Positions 34,495-45,882 are shown, counted from the stretch's first letter. The stretch: DNA of 46,358 nucleotides from Neovahlkampfia damariscottae (GCA_016618085.1 JABLTG010000018.1:124001-170358); one strand, 5' to 3'. Translations and numbers: made by a program. Notes: generated from the sequence alone by a model not told the origin.

Positions 34495-35041
34495 GAGGAA
34501 ACTGTTGAATGAAAAAATAAAGTGATTCTATTGGATGAAAATCCGATGAAGAATTTATTTTCATTTTTATTTAATTTTTTGAAAAATTAGAAACATTGAA
34601 AGTGGCAGATGCTGGATGATCTTTTCTTCATTGACCAATGAAATTGAATTGAAAACAAAAGAAGCAATTTGATTAAATTCTTTGTGTTCAAGTCCAAATA
34701 TTTCTGCATGCAAAATCTACTAAAGAGTTTTTCAATTTAAAAATTTCGAATTCCATCCAAATGAAACAGATTCCCATTTGATTCTTTTATCATGAAATAA
34801 TTTTCAAAACCAAAAATGTTCTTTTCATTTCAAATCCAGATTTTGATTAGAATTCTAAAAGAAATTCTGTGAAAGTATTCTAGTCAACCTGAAGATACTT
34901 CATGTATTTATATTTTTAAATTTAGTTTCCTTTATTGTTGAATTCTTCTGTCAGAGTGCTTCAGGTTCCTACAAAAATTTTTTTTCAAGTAATCATTTGT
35001 TGTTTATTCAAGGCTCAACGGAAGTTATTTTCACCAATAAA

Positions 35042-36048
35042 ATGAAGTCCAACAAAAAAAATGAGGAAAACGTTAAAAATTTTTGTAAAAAAAATAAACT
35101 GAAAAATCATTTCATGGAAGAAAGAAAACTTTCCATAATAACCATAACAGAAGAAAAACATTTTGAAGTAGCTCTTAATTTTTTGTTCAAGAATTTTAAG
35201 AAAGAACATCCAGAACTGAAAGAAATAAATGATACAATTTTAGGTTTTGACCTTGAATTCTTTGAAAAAAAAGTTGCTACCATTCAATTATCGACAAATA
35301 AATTATGTCTCATATTTCAAGTCTACAATATAAAAGAACTACCAAAATTTTTAGTTTCATACTTAACCTCAGATAAGCATTTAAAATGTGGTGTTGGTAT
35401 TTCAGGTGGTGGTGGTCAAGGAGATGACATCATGTTAAAAAATACATTTGGAATTGAGATGAAAGGATGTTTCGATGTTGGAGAAGTTGCTTACAAAAAA
35501 GGAATAACAACAAGTTTATTTCGTTCATTTTTACTAAATTTTCAAAAGATTATCGAAGTTTGGATGATTTGTCGTCAAACATTTTAGGAGTCGGAAAAAT
35601 TATCAGAATAAGTAACACTTTCGGAAAAAAAGAAAATTGGTCAAACGATGTTTTATCAATTGAACAAATTGAATATGCTGCTATTGATGCTTGGTTAGGT
35701 TACAATTTAGTCATTGAACTTTATAAATCACTTGGTCAACTTCATGGTTCAATTTTAGAGTGGGCTAATTCTATTGACTTTTCTTCTTTTGATGTTTCAA
35801 AGTATAAAGGATTCAAAGAACCAAAAAATAAACAACAAAAAATTTTGGCTCGAGAAATGGAATGGAAAAAGTTGAATGGACATTTTCAAAAAAAATTAAA
35901 TGAAAAGAAAGCGTTACTCGATTATAAAAAGAGAAAGTATGATGAAATTGATGATTTAGTTTCAAATTTGAAAAATAAAAAGAAGGAAAAAATCAACGAC
36001 CAAAAAGAGGAAGAAGTCACTTCATCAATTCAGTTCAATTTTATGTAA
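35042..36048 (+). CDS. DEDDy 3'-5' exonuclease, WRN/EXD2-like
   Basis: ILGFDLE, VATIQLS, KCGVGI..DD, SLDDLS and NWSNDVLSIEQIEYAAIDAW. A 35-nt intron lies at 35514-35548. The exact start is uncertain. Confidence 0.88.
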
Positions 36049-36188
36049 CAAGTACAATATGCAGAAAATCTGATTTTGACAACTAAAAACTCTATTTCAG
36101 TTTAAAAAACAAAAGAAATCTGGAAATGGTCTGGATAATAGAACATTCAATAAATTGTTAATTCTCAATTTTTATTTTCTTGGCAATT

Positions 36189-36881
36189 TTAATCTTTTCT
36201 TGAGAAAATAGCATAAAGAGAAGGTTGAAAAATCTTTTGATTGAATAATTTGGAATATCCTGCACCTGGCATGTTCACACAAACATTAAGTTTGAAACTA
36301 TATGCTTGAATGATGGATCCTTTGCAATCTCTATCATCAAATGTTTGAAGTTTGTAAAGCTTTTCTGATTTATCATAGAATGCTTTTGATGATTTAATAT
36401 TCTTTCCTAAATTGACAACAATTCCAAATAAATCTTTTTTGTTAGGTGCGTTTTGACAGTATTCATCTGTGATGAAGGTTCCAAAGTCACCAGGAGCTTC
36501 ATTTTTACATTGTTCATTAATGTGTTGACGAATATAAACTCCCTTTTCATTGACATCTGGAAGATCAGATTCACATGTAATTTTAGTGCCAACAAATCCT
36601 GGAACACATTTTTCTCTTGGGTATGCGAATTTTGATAGGCAAACAGTACAAACTGAGTTACATTGAGTGTGAACAGTAACGTGAGTTGAGTTACATGAAT
36701 GTTTTTGAAAAATACCTGCATTATGATTGTGTCCAGAACATTTATTTTCTTCAATAAATGAACCATAAGTGAGTGGTTTTTCACAATTGATGTCTTGTGG
36801 TTGAAAGAGTCTTTGAATGACATATTTTCCATGAGCTAAAGCTAAGAAGCAGAATAAAACAATAATGAGTTGTTTAATCAT
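36189..36881 (-). CDS. Secreted Cys-rich protein
   Basis: Signal peptide MIKQLIIVLFCFLALAHG, many Cys residues, and a CNSTHV motif shared with the 10034-10730 protein. Confidence 0.8.
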   Translation of the reverse strand: MIKQLIIVLFCFLALAHGKYVIQRLFQPQDINCEKPLTYGSFIEENKCSGHNHNAGIFQKHSCNSTHVTVHTQCNSVCTVCLSKFAYPREKCVPGFVGTKITCESDLPDVNEKGVYIRQHINEQCKNEAPGDFGTFITDEYCQNAPNKKDLFGIVVNLGKNIKSSKAFYDKSEKLYKLQTFDDRDCKGSIIQAYSFKLNVCVNMPGAGYSKLFNQKIFQPSLYAIFSRKD

Positions 36882-36904
36882 TGTAATGTTATGTTGTTTC
36901 TAGC

Positions 36905-36953
36905 TATTTATAGAGCACGTTTCTAATGTTTAATCCAATCAAAAACATTAGAA
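36905..36953 (-). promoter_or_regulatory. TATA box plus CCAAT box enclosed in an 11-bp inverted repeat
   Basis: Minus-strand TATAAATA at 36905-36912. Plus-strand TTCTAATGTTT-aatCCAATcaa-AAACATTAGAA at 36921-36953. Confidence 0.55.
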
Positions 36954-37162
36954 TCGCTACACACCTTCCATTGATCAAGTTTCGATGCTTCCAGGATTTC
37001 AACCTGTTTAGAATCCTATCTCAAGTTTAACTTCTCTGAATAATAAGTTTTTAAGCACATCAATAAAAATGTTTCTTTCTTTTTTTGTCTATCTTCATGA
37101 TGCTTGGTTTGTTGGTTGTCCAATCAACAAAAAATTGACTAAATTTTTTTAAACCAAAGGTG

Positions 37163-38599
37163 ATGAACAACCAAAAAAAAAATTCCTCGTCTTTAGATCC
37201 AAATGATCAAGTATGGACAAAAATACAAAAGGATCTTCAAGAATTTGAAAATCAAGTGTATGAAATGGCTCTGTTTGTTTATTCAAGCTTCCACAGAAAA
37301 TTAATTCATGATTTTGTTTCTGAACGAAAAATCTACTCGCATAGATCATTTGGAATAAATACTGACCGTTTTTTAATTGTTTACAAAAACGAAAAATTTT
37401 TTAACAATGAATTAAAAATTTTAAAATTTTTAACAGATGCTCAAACCAAAAAGAAAGTTTTATTTTCATATAAATCAGAGGAACCAAAACATATTTTCAA
37501 ATATTTTCCACTTAAAATTCAATTTTTGACTTTTGTTTTTGACGAAACAACACAAGAAAAAAATTTTGAAAATTTTTCATCTGATGAAAGAAATCAATTG
37601 AATGAATTTGCAGACGAATATAATTTATTTCATGAATCTAGAGGTGACCTTTCAAAAAGATTTGTTTTTGTTTCAAAGGGTAATTCAAATTTAAAAAATG
37701 GTCCAATGAAAACTATTTCCAAAATCACTCAACCAGAAGATCAACAAGAAAAAAAAATGGAAAAAGAAAATAATAATATATCCATGGATGAAGACTCACA
37801 ACCGAGAAGTCCACCAAATTATACCTCAGACGACTCTGAAAAAGGAAATGAATTTTTAGAAAGTTTCACACAAGATTCTGATGAAGATAATTTTGAAATG
37901 GCAAGTCCTTTGCCTCCAATTTCTGATGAATTTTGTTTATCACCTTTACCATTAACTCAACCTGAAACTTCAAATGATGAACAACCAATAGCAGAAGAGT
38001 TTCAGTCACTTGAATCGCCAAGATTAAATTCAAGCAGTAATGGTGATGATTTAATAGTTTCAACAAACAAAAGAGAAAGATCAGTTTTGAAAAGTTTTCA
38101 TGATAGTTTCATTATTGATCGAAATTTGAAATTGGATTCAATAGAGAACTTGATCAAAAATGATACAAAGCGTAAATTCCCATGTCAGATTAAATTATGG
38201 ACTGGTGACTTGGTTATCAAGTCAAAATCAACAAGAAAGTCTTTATCAAAAATAACATTAGTTAATCATTTTTATAATAATGCCGAATTTATCAAACTTG
38301 TCAAGGAATCAATTTCAAATTTGGAAGAACTTGTGATTGACGAAACAACAAAATTGAATTCTATAAATTTGAAAGGCTATTCCAAATTTGGAGCATTTTA
38401 TCTTTTAGAACAACTTCCAATTAAAGCGCATTTATTGAAGAATGAAATTTGTTTGAAGTTTAAATTAAGAATTTCATCCAATTCATTTTTGGATTTCATA
38501 TTTCTTCCAACTTCAATTCTTGATAAAATTAAAGGCTTTAAAGGTGAAATTGAAACTCTGTACTGGATTTCTTTGATTGTAGGAAAAATTGAACAATAA
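37163..38599 (+). CDS. Tandem R3H domain protein, possible SPOC-like C-terminus
   Basis: SSFHRKLIHDFV...HRSFGINTDRFLIVYK and SSDERNQLNEFADEYNLFHESRGDLSKRFVFVSK, followed by an acidic linker. The SPOC-like call (LWTGDLVIK) is weak. Confidence 0.72.
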   Translation: MNNQKKNSSSLDPNDQVWTKIQKDLQEFENQVYEMALFVYSSFHRKLIHDFVSERKIYSHRSFGINTDRFLIVYKNEKFFNNELKILKFLTDAQTKKKVLFSYKSEEPKHIFKYFPLKIQFLTFVFDETTQEKNFENFSSDERNQLNEFADEYNLFHESRGDLSKRFVFVSKGNSNLKNGPMKTISKITQPEDQQEKKMEKENNNISMDEDSQPRSPPNYTSDDSEKGNEFLESFTQDSDEDNFEMASPLPPISDEFCLSPLPLTQPETSNDEQPIAEEFQSLESPRLNSSSNGDDLIVSTNKRERSVLKSFHDSFIIDRNLKLDSIENLIKNDTKRKFPCQIKLWTGDLVIKSKSTRKSLSKITLVNHFYNNAEFIKLVKESISNLEELVIDETTKLNSINLKGYSKFGAFYLLEQLPIKAHLLKNEICLKFKLRISSNSFLDFIFLPTSILDKIKGFKGEIETLYWISLIVGKIEQ

Positions 38600-38678
38600 A
38601 ACATTTGTTTGTGCTTCACTCTGACTTTTTGTTGTGATATATAGACCACAAACAACTTTTTAAATGGAGAAAAATCAT

Positions 38679-40496
38679 TTATTTTGTAATTACAAATGTG
38701 AAATTATTTCCACAAATCGCTGAAAGAGCACCAGCAAATGGTATTTTCTGAGGTGCGGTTTGATTTTTTGAATTTCCCACACAGAGATGTTGATCACTAT
38801 TCTTACCCCATCCATAAAATGTTTCATCCTCTAATGTCACAAATGTATAATAAGGACCACAAGAAATTGTTTCAACTTTGGAAATTGATTTTATCATTTT
38901 GGCAGAGGTTGCATCTTGAGTTGTGCCAATACCAAGTTGACCACAATCATTTTGACCCCATGACCTCAAAGCTCCATTTTCTTTTCAAGTTAAGATTATT
39001 GTTTTTTTTACTTAATAAAGCTACAGTGTGAAAATATCCACATGAGATTCTTTCAACAAGTTCTAATTTTGAAACTGAAATTTTGACTGGAATATTCACA
39101 TCTTTAGTGGTACCAATACCTACTTGTCCATGATTATTCCATCCCCATCCATACACAGTTCCGTCTTTGGTTATTGCAAATGAATGAGCCAATCCACAAG
39201 AAATCGAATCCACATTTGATAATGCAACTTTTTGAGGAGTCACAACATCTTTTGATTTTCCGATTCCTAATTGACCATAATCATTATTTCCACAGCTATA
39301 AAGATTTCCATCATCTTGAAAATTGTATTAGAATTGAATTATTTGTTACGCAACAAGATCATCGAAAAACTACCTCCACAAGCAATAGATTTCACATTAT
39401 TCATCATAATTTGTTGAGGAATTGTTTGATTAATAATATTATTCAAACCCAATTGACCAGAGTTATTCCATCCCCAAGAAAAGACTGTTCCATTTTCTTT
39501 TTTGAATTAAGTTAAAAGTTGAATCAATTTACTCAGCAATGCCAATGAATGAGATCCTCCAGAAGCAATGGATTTCACACCGTTTAATAATACTCTTTGT
39601 GGTGTTGATGAATCTTTTGTTTTTCCATTTCCTAACTGTCCATATTTGTTCCAACCAAAACTGAAAATATTTCCATCCTCTTTTCAAAAATTTAGAATTT
39701 GATTTTAATTTACTCAATAATACTAATGTGTGTTTTAAACCACATTGAATTGAATGAAGGTTTGGAATTTGTAATTGTTGAGGTGACTTTTGATTGATTG
39801 TTGTGCCCAAACCAAGTTGACCACAATCATTAATGCCCCAACAGTAGACTTTCTTATCAATAAAATCATAGTTTTTTGCGAATAAAATCCTCCAGTCAAT
39901 GAAAATTTGTTCATTAGTTTCTTTTTGATAATTTTTTTCAACTATGTCAATTTCCTTCAAAGTTTGTGTCAAAGTGGCCTCAGATAATTTCAGAGATGCT
40001 TTGAAAATATTTAATTCAGAGACAATATTTACCTAATTCTTCTTGGAGTTCTTTTAAAGTTTCCTCTTTTTCGAGTATTTCATCTTGATATTCCATGATT
40101 TCTTTATTAAGTGAAACTGTTGTATTTTTGAAAGAAAACGAACTTAAATCATCTTTGAATTCAGAAATAACTTCTTTTAAACTTAAGACTTCGTGACTTT
40201 TATGGTCAATTACTGCACAAATTGAACAAAGTTGAACATTATCTTGAACACAATAGAAATCACATTTTTTTCCATCATGAAGAGAACATTTGTGCAATTT
40301 ATCCTTAAATATAGCAGCTTTTTGGTGTGATTGTTTCTTTTTTGGTTTATGAATTAAAACAAAACACTCATCACAAAAATTTAAATTGCAAGTTTCGCAG
40401 TGACAAGTTTCTGGATTCGTTTCACATTGTTCTGTTTGAGAGTTAAATATTTTTTTTTTTACCACAAAACTCTTCAGTTTCTTCTTTTGGATCCAT
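38679..40496 (-). CDS. Tandem B-box + coiled-coil + RCC1-repeat protein
   Basis: MDPKEETEEFC|EQCE...CDECF..IH, CSLH...YCVQD...CSICAVIDHKSH, then repeated WGxNxxGQLG. Introns at 40432-40462, 39999-40032, 39680-39713, 39497-39532, 39315-39349 and 38981-39011. Confidence 0.9.
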
Positions 40497-40949
40497 TTTT
40501 TTTTGAGGTTTTCAATTTTCGGTTGAGAGCAAATATTATTGGAGGAATTTTTCTTTTTCAACTCACAAGTTAACATTTTATTTTCTTGATTCAAATTTTG
40601 TCACATCAAAGATGCTACAACTGACTATTTACAACTCAGGTATATTATGTACGTAGTTTTGCCCGACTGTGTTCCAAAAAAAAAAGTGTGAAGTTTGAAA
40701 AAATATGCCATGATATATTTTTCAGTTTTTTCTGTCAGAAAAGAAGTAAAGGGATCAAAGGTATTCATAAAATTCAACACAAGCATTTTTATACATGAAG
40801 AAGAAATTCTGAATGTCCTCATTGTCAAAGCTATAAAGTGGCTTGCGTGAAAGTATAATACTCATGATTACTTTTTTGAAAGAAAAAAAATTTTTGGTTT
40901 GAAAAATACATGATGATTGGTCTGAACTCATCTAAAAATAAACCTCTTC

Positions 40950-42227
40950 ATGGGTAATGACAACAAAGAAGAATTGCAAGAGTTCAGTTTCAAAGTAAAA
41001 TAAACAGTTTGAATTAAAAACCTTTTCGCCAGACAGAATCCGAATCACTTCAAAAAGTACTGAAAAGAATTTCCAAAACAACAGAAAGATCTTTTCAAGA
41101 ATTAAAACCAATTCAAAATTGGAAACAAAAAGTAATTCATTTCAATCTAAAAAAAAAACTCATAAAGGTCAGTGATATCTCAGAATTATTACCACATCTT
41201 TCAGTGCTTGAAATAGTTGAAAATTTAAAATTAAATAAAGGAGATAAAGCATTAACACTTGATATTTTGTTAAATAATAAAAATGGACAAAAAGATTATA
41301 TAATATCTCAAACAAAAGACAATTTAGTTTATGAAGAAAATGAATTCATCCGACAACATTTATTATACCTTCAACTTATGAAAGAATGTGGATTGGAAGA
41401 CATTGCATCTCCATCAAAAGGCTTAGATGAAGAAGAAGTTATGAAATTTGATTCTTTAGAATTGGAAAAATACATGATAGAAAAAAAAAGATGTGAAGCA
41501 AAATCAGCTGCAAATGTGTAAGGAAAGACAATAGTAACACAAGTTTTGAAGTCATTTTTATATGGATGGAGAAAAGGATGTACTAAATGGAGATATGACA
41601 AAAATCAAATTTTACACAATTACACCTCGTAACTCATTCAATTTGGATGCTGAAGATATACACTTCAGAATTTGTGAAAGTCAATTCACTCGTTGGAGCA
41701 TTGTAAATGGTCAAGGCTATGCACAATATTCGATTTCTGAAGTCAAATATGTTGTAAATCCAATGTTATTCAAAACATTCCAGAATGCAAAAGAAAAACT
41801 TGCAAAAAGACATGGGTTTTTATTGGAATCAATGAAGCCTTTACTTCTTTTTCATGGGACTTCTCCAAAGAATATGGAAAATATAATCAAGACAAATTTC
41901 TTGATTTCGAAAGTTGGATCAACCACTGACATGGGATATTATGGAAAAGGTGTGTATTTTAGTGAATATCCTGGAACCTCTATTAGTTATTCCCATGGAA
42001 ATCCTTATTTATTTCTTTGTTTGGTTTATGTTGGAAAAGCTTATAAAATGCAAAACGTAGTTACTGGATGTTCTTTGACAAAAGGATACGATTCCCATAT
42101 TTCACCATGTGGATCAGAAGTTGTAATATTTGATACTGATTGTATTTTACCTTGTTATAAAGTCAAGTACACTACACAAAATCAAGTGTACCATGATGAT
42201 TATGATGGAGAGGATGATTATTATTAA
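40950..42227 (+). CDS. PARP-family (ARTD) ADP-ribosyltransferase catalytic domain protein
   Basis: LLFHGT, GYYGKGVYFS, GYDSH and SEVVIFD..ILPCY supply the H-Y-E triad. Introns at 40995-41032, 41132-41167 and 41518-41551. Confidence 0.88.
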
Positions 42228-42347
42228 AGAATAAAAACAAATTAACAATCAATTGTTAAATTTTTCGTTATCGTTGAATTTTTAATCAAAGTTCTTTCGT
42301 TATCCAATCAAATTGATTTTTAACACAAACAAGTTAACTTGGAGAGG

Positions 42348-44033
42348 ATGTGGATAAGTCATGTGATGCGCCAAAAATTGGAAAAAAGAAAAAAAGAAGC
42401 ACCTGGTATCATAAAAACAACTTTGAGCAATCTAAAATCAACAAAAAGTGAAAAAGAAATGCTTCATCATTTGGAAGTTCTGAATGACTACAATATGTAC
42501 TTCAGCAAAGAAGCTACAGAAGAATATATAAACCACTTCAGATATTTATTTTACTCAGAAAATATGACTATTGTCAGAGAATCATTGAAAGTCTTTGGAA
42601 ATAGCTGTACATATGATTCTATGGAAACTCTCATTGATTTGTTCTTAGAAAGAGAATCATTTATCTTGAAAAATTTAATTTTTACTGAATTGATTCTTCA
42701 GATAATAAGGCAGATATCATATCCAAAATTAGTTAGGAAGATGTTACCATTTTTTTCAAAAATTTCAACATTCACAAAGAACATGAAAACAGAACTAATT
42801 CATATATTCGAGCAATATTTATATTTTTATGATGAAATTGAACATTTTTTAAACTCGGACTGTTTTGATTTTTTTTTTAATGAACCAAGACTTTCCAGTT
42901 CTTTGAAAATTGTTGAAAGTTTGGTTATTGGAAATGAAAAAACAAGATGTATCATTAACAAGAATAAAAAGCAATCTTATAAATACAAAAAATCTACTGA
43001 ACGACAAAGACTTGCTCAAATTCTCTCTGACTTCAAATTTCAAGACAAACATAATTTTTTACATTTGAAAAACATAATCAAATTCCCAAATGATGAACAT
43101 TCTCTTAACGGTGATATTTCAGAAAAATGTGGTAAAATATATCACGGAAATGGCTCATTTATTCTTGTTTATTCTGAATTTGAAGATGAACCAATTGCTT
43201 CATTTTCGAACTCTACAAACTTCAAAATTGCTGATGATTTCATAGCTATCCGTGATGATACAATGTATATTCATATTTATAAATTGGAAGACGAAATGAT
43301 AAATACTCTTCACGGATTTCCACCATGTTCCTACTATTCGTTTTTCAAAATTAAGTCAGAGTCTCAATATTGCTATGTTGAATGTTCAAACACATTGAAA
43401 TTCACTTATTTTGATGAAAATTGTGAGAAAATTTTGAAAACACATACCATCTCAGAAATAAAACAATCCAATCAAATAGAAGGTGTTCCTTCATTTGATG
43501 GAAATCAAATGTTTTATATCAATGGAAATGAAATTTTAGAATTTTTGTTTGATGAAAAACAGTTCAAATTATTCAAAACTTATGATTTGGGTATCAGAAA
43601 ATGGAAAGTATCCTCAATCTCTTTAAATTTTAACTGTTCATTGTTGGCTGTTAGTGAAGTGGATTCTATCACCATTTTAGATGTAAATCAAGAATTCAAC
43701 GTTATATTCCATGAAAAATTATACAATGAAAATAAAATACCGCTCACTTTTATGAAAAATGATCCCAATAAGTTGGTTTGTAGTGATGATTATTTTGTGA
43801 AAGTTTTTGAAATTTCCAAAAACAAAAAATCGTTAAATGATTGTTTAATTCAAGTAATTCCTTTATCAGTACACATGGAATCATCAAGAAGTATTTGTTA
43901 TTCGCAAGATGGGAAAAATATTATCGTAGGGACTTCTGACGGAATTTTTATTCTTTCATCACAGAATTTTCTAGAAATCAAAAAATTAATCAATGAAACA
44001 AAATTAATAGATGTCACTTTTTCTTTCAATTGA
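42348..44033 (+). CDS. Hypothetical protein, helical N-terminus + WD40/beta-propeller-like C-terminus, tandem copy 1
   Basis: Intronless ORF with VSSISLNFNCSLLAVS and SICYSQDGKNIIVGTSDG. Strong similarity to the next gene. Confidence 0.75.
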   Translation: MWISHVMRQKLEKRKKEAPGIIKTTLSNLKSTKSEKEMLHHLEVLNDYNMYFSKEATEEYINHFRYLFYSENMTIVRESLKVFGNSCTYDSMETLIDLFLERESFILKNLIFTELILQIIRQISYPKLVRKMLPFFSKISTFTKNMKTELIHIFEQYLYFYDEIEHFLNSDCFDFFFNEPRLSSSLKIVESLVIGNEKTRCIINKNKKQSYKYKKSTERQRLAQILSDFKFQDKHNFLHLKNIIKFPNDEHSLNGDISEKCGKIYHGNGSFILVYSEFEDEPIASFSNSTNFKIADDFIAIRDDTMYIHIYKLEDEMINTLHGFPPCSYYSFFKIKSESQYCYVECSNTLKFTYFDENCEKILKTHTISEIKQSNQIEGVPSFDGNQMFYINGNEILEFLFDEKQFKLFKTYDLGIRKWKVSSISLNFNCSLLAVSEVDSITILDVNQEFNVIFHEKLYNENKIPLTFMKNDPNKLVCSDDYFVKVFEISKNKKSLNDCLIQVIPLSVHMESSRSICYSQDGKNIIVGTSDGIFILSSQNFLEIKKLINETKLIDVTFSFN

Positions 44034-44108
44034 TAAGTTCAATAAATCCTGTAATAAATTATTGTCCAATCATAGTACCATTTTTTTTAACAAAACAAAG
44101 TGGAAGAG

Positions 44109-45828
44109 ATGCACATCAGTCCAATGATGAAAAGACAAATGGAAAGGAAAAAATGTGAAGCACCTGAAAAAATAGAAAACTGTTTGAACATTTTAAACAT
44201 AACAAAAAATGAGCAACAAATCATATCAACCTTGACTAACTTGTATGGATACTCTAGCTATTTCAATTTCCAACATACAAAAGTGTATATCATTCATCTT
44301 AAATACTTATTAGACTCAAAAAATACAAAAATTGTTGAAAAATTATTGTTGGTTTTGACTGTAACTACTTTCAAAGAAAAAGAAGAAAATTTGAAAGAGT
44401 TATCAAATTTGATCATGGAAAAAGAATCAATTTTACTTGAAAATATCAATTTTACAGTCTTAATTCTTCAAATATTCAACAGAAGATTCAGAGAACATCC
44501 AAAATTAGTGAGGAAAATGTTACCATTTTTTTCAAAAATTTCAACAAAAGATAAAGATGTTAAAAGAGAATTAATTTATATTTTCGAGTTTTACCTTGAA
44601 TATTATGATGAAATTGAATTCTTTTTAAATTCTGGCTGTTTTGGTTTCGTTTTTAATGAACCAAGACTTTTAAGTTCAATCAAAATTATGGAATACTTAA
44701 TTATCGGAAATGAAAAAACAAGAAAAATCATCAACAAAGATAAAAAAAGATGTTTAAAATATAAGAATTCGAATGAGCAACAAAAAATTATTCAACTTCT
44801 TTCTTTGTTCAATTTTGTGGACAAACGAAAAATGTTATCAATGAAAAACATCATTAACGTACCAGAAGTACAATACTCAAAGCATATATGTGGAATAATA
44901 TGGGAACTGAATGGAAATTTATCATAAAAATGGTGAGTTGCTCCAGGTTCGTTCTAAATACTCACAAGAACCGACAACATTAACAGCAAAATGTTCAAAT
45001 TTCATGATATTGGATGATTGGATTATTATATTGTTTTCAGAAACTTTAAAAGTTCGTTTGTTTCGGCTGGAAGATGTTCTTGAGAATAGATCTTTCTCAA
45101 AGCCTATTCAAGATAATCTAGGCTCTACCAATTTTTCATTTTTCAGAATTGCATCAATTGGACAATATTGTTATGTTGAATATTCTCATAGATTAATGGT
45201 ATTCAAATTTTTCAATGAAAATGGTGAAAAGATAAAAGATCAAATTATGAAAAAAGAAATGAATGTTTATGGTGGAAAAGGAATTTCAACTTTGGAGGGG
45301 AATCAATATTTTCTTGTGGATAGAAAAAAGATTTGTGAATTCAAGTTTGATGGAGAGCAATTTATTCTTGTTAAAATTCATGAAACTTTCGAGTTAGATT
45401 TTGTGACATCAGTTGCTATAAACTCGAATTGTTCGTTGTTAGCATTGAATTGTGGAAAATATCTGATCATTTTGGACATGAATCAAGGATTCAGAATCAT
45501 ATTCAACGAAAATTTTGAGTCAAATAACAAAATTTGTCTTATTTTCATGAAAAATGATCCAAGTAAATTGGTCATTAGTGATGATTATTTTGTGAAAGTG
45601 TTTGACGTTTCTAAAAACAAAAACAGTTTGAATGATTGTTTGATTCAAGTGATTCCATTAAAAATTCATGGAGAAATATCAAGGTGCATTTGTGAATCAC
45701 AAGATGGAAAATATATTTATGTTGGAAGTACTGAAGGAATTTTTCAATTCAAAACTCAAAATATTCTGAATATGAAAAGATTGATGGATTTATCAAAACA
45801 AATTGACACCTTTTTTTCTTTTGAATAA
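44109..45828 (+). pseudogene. Tandem copy 2 of the same family with one frameshift (about 44915)
   Basis: Shares PKLVRKMLPFFSKIST, FNEPRL, FMKNDP.KLV.SDDYFVKVF and SLNDCLIQVIPL with copy 1. The two overlapping ORFs join by a single frameshift, with no intron-like sequence at the join. Confidence 0.7.
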
Positions 45829-45882
45829 ATTATTATCACTCAGGATTTTTTTGTTGTTGCATATTTTGTCCAATCAGAAAAC

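Noticed and set aside
34500..35030. Longer intergenic stretch, possibly a decayed gene
   Set aside because: No sustained frame or motif could be reconstructed. The same holds for 22310-22690 and 40600-40900.
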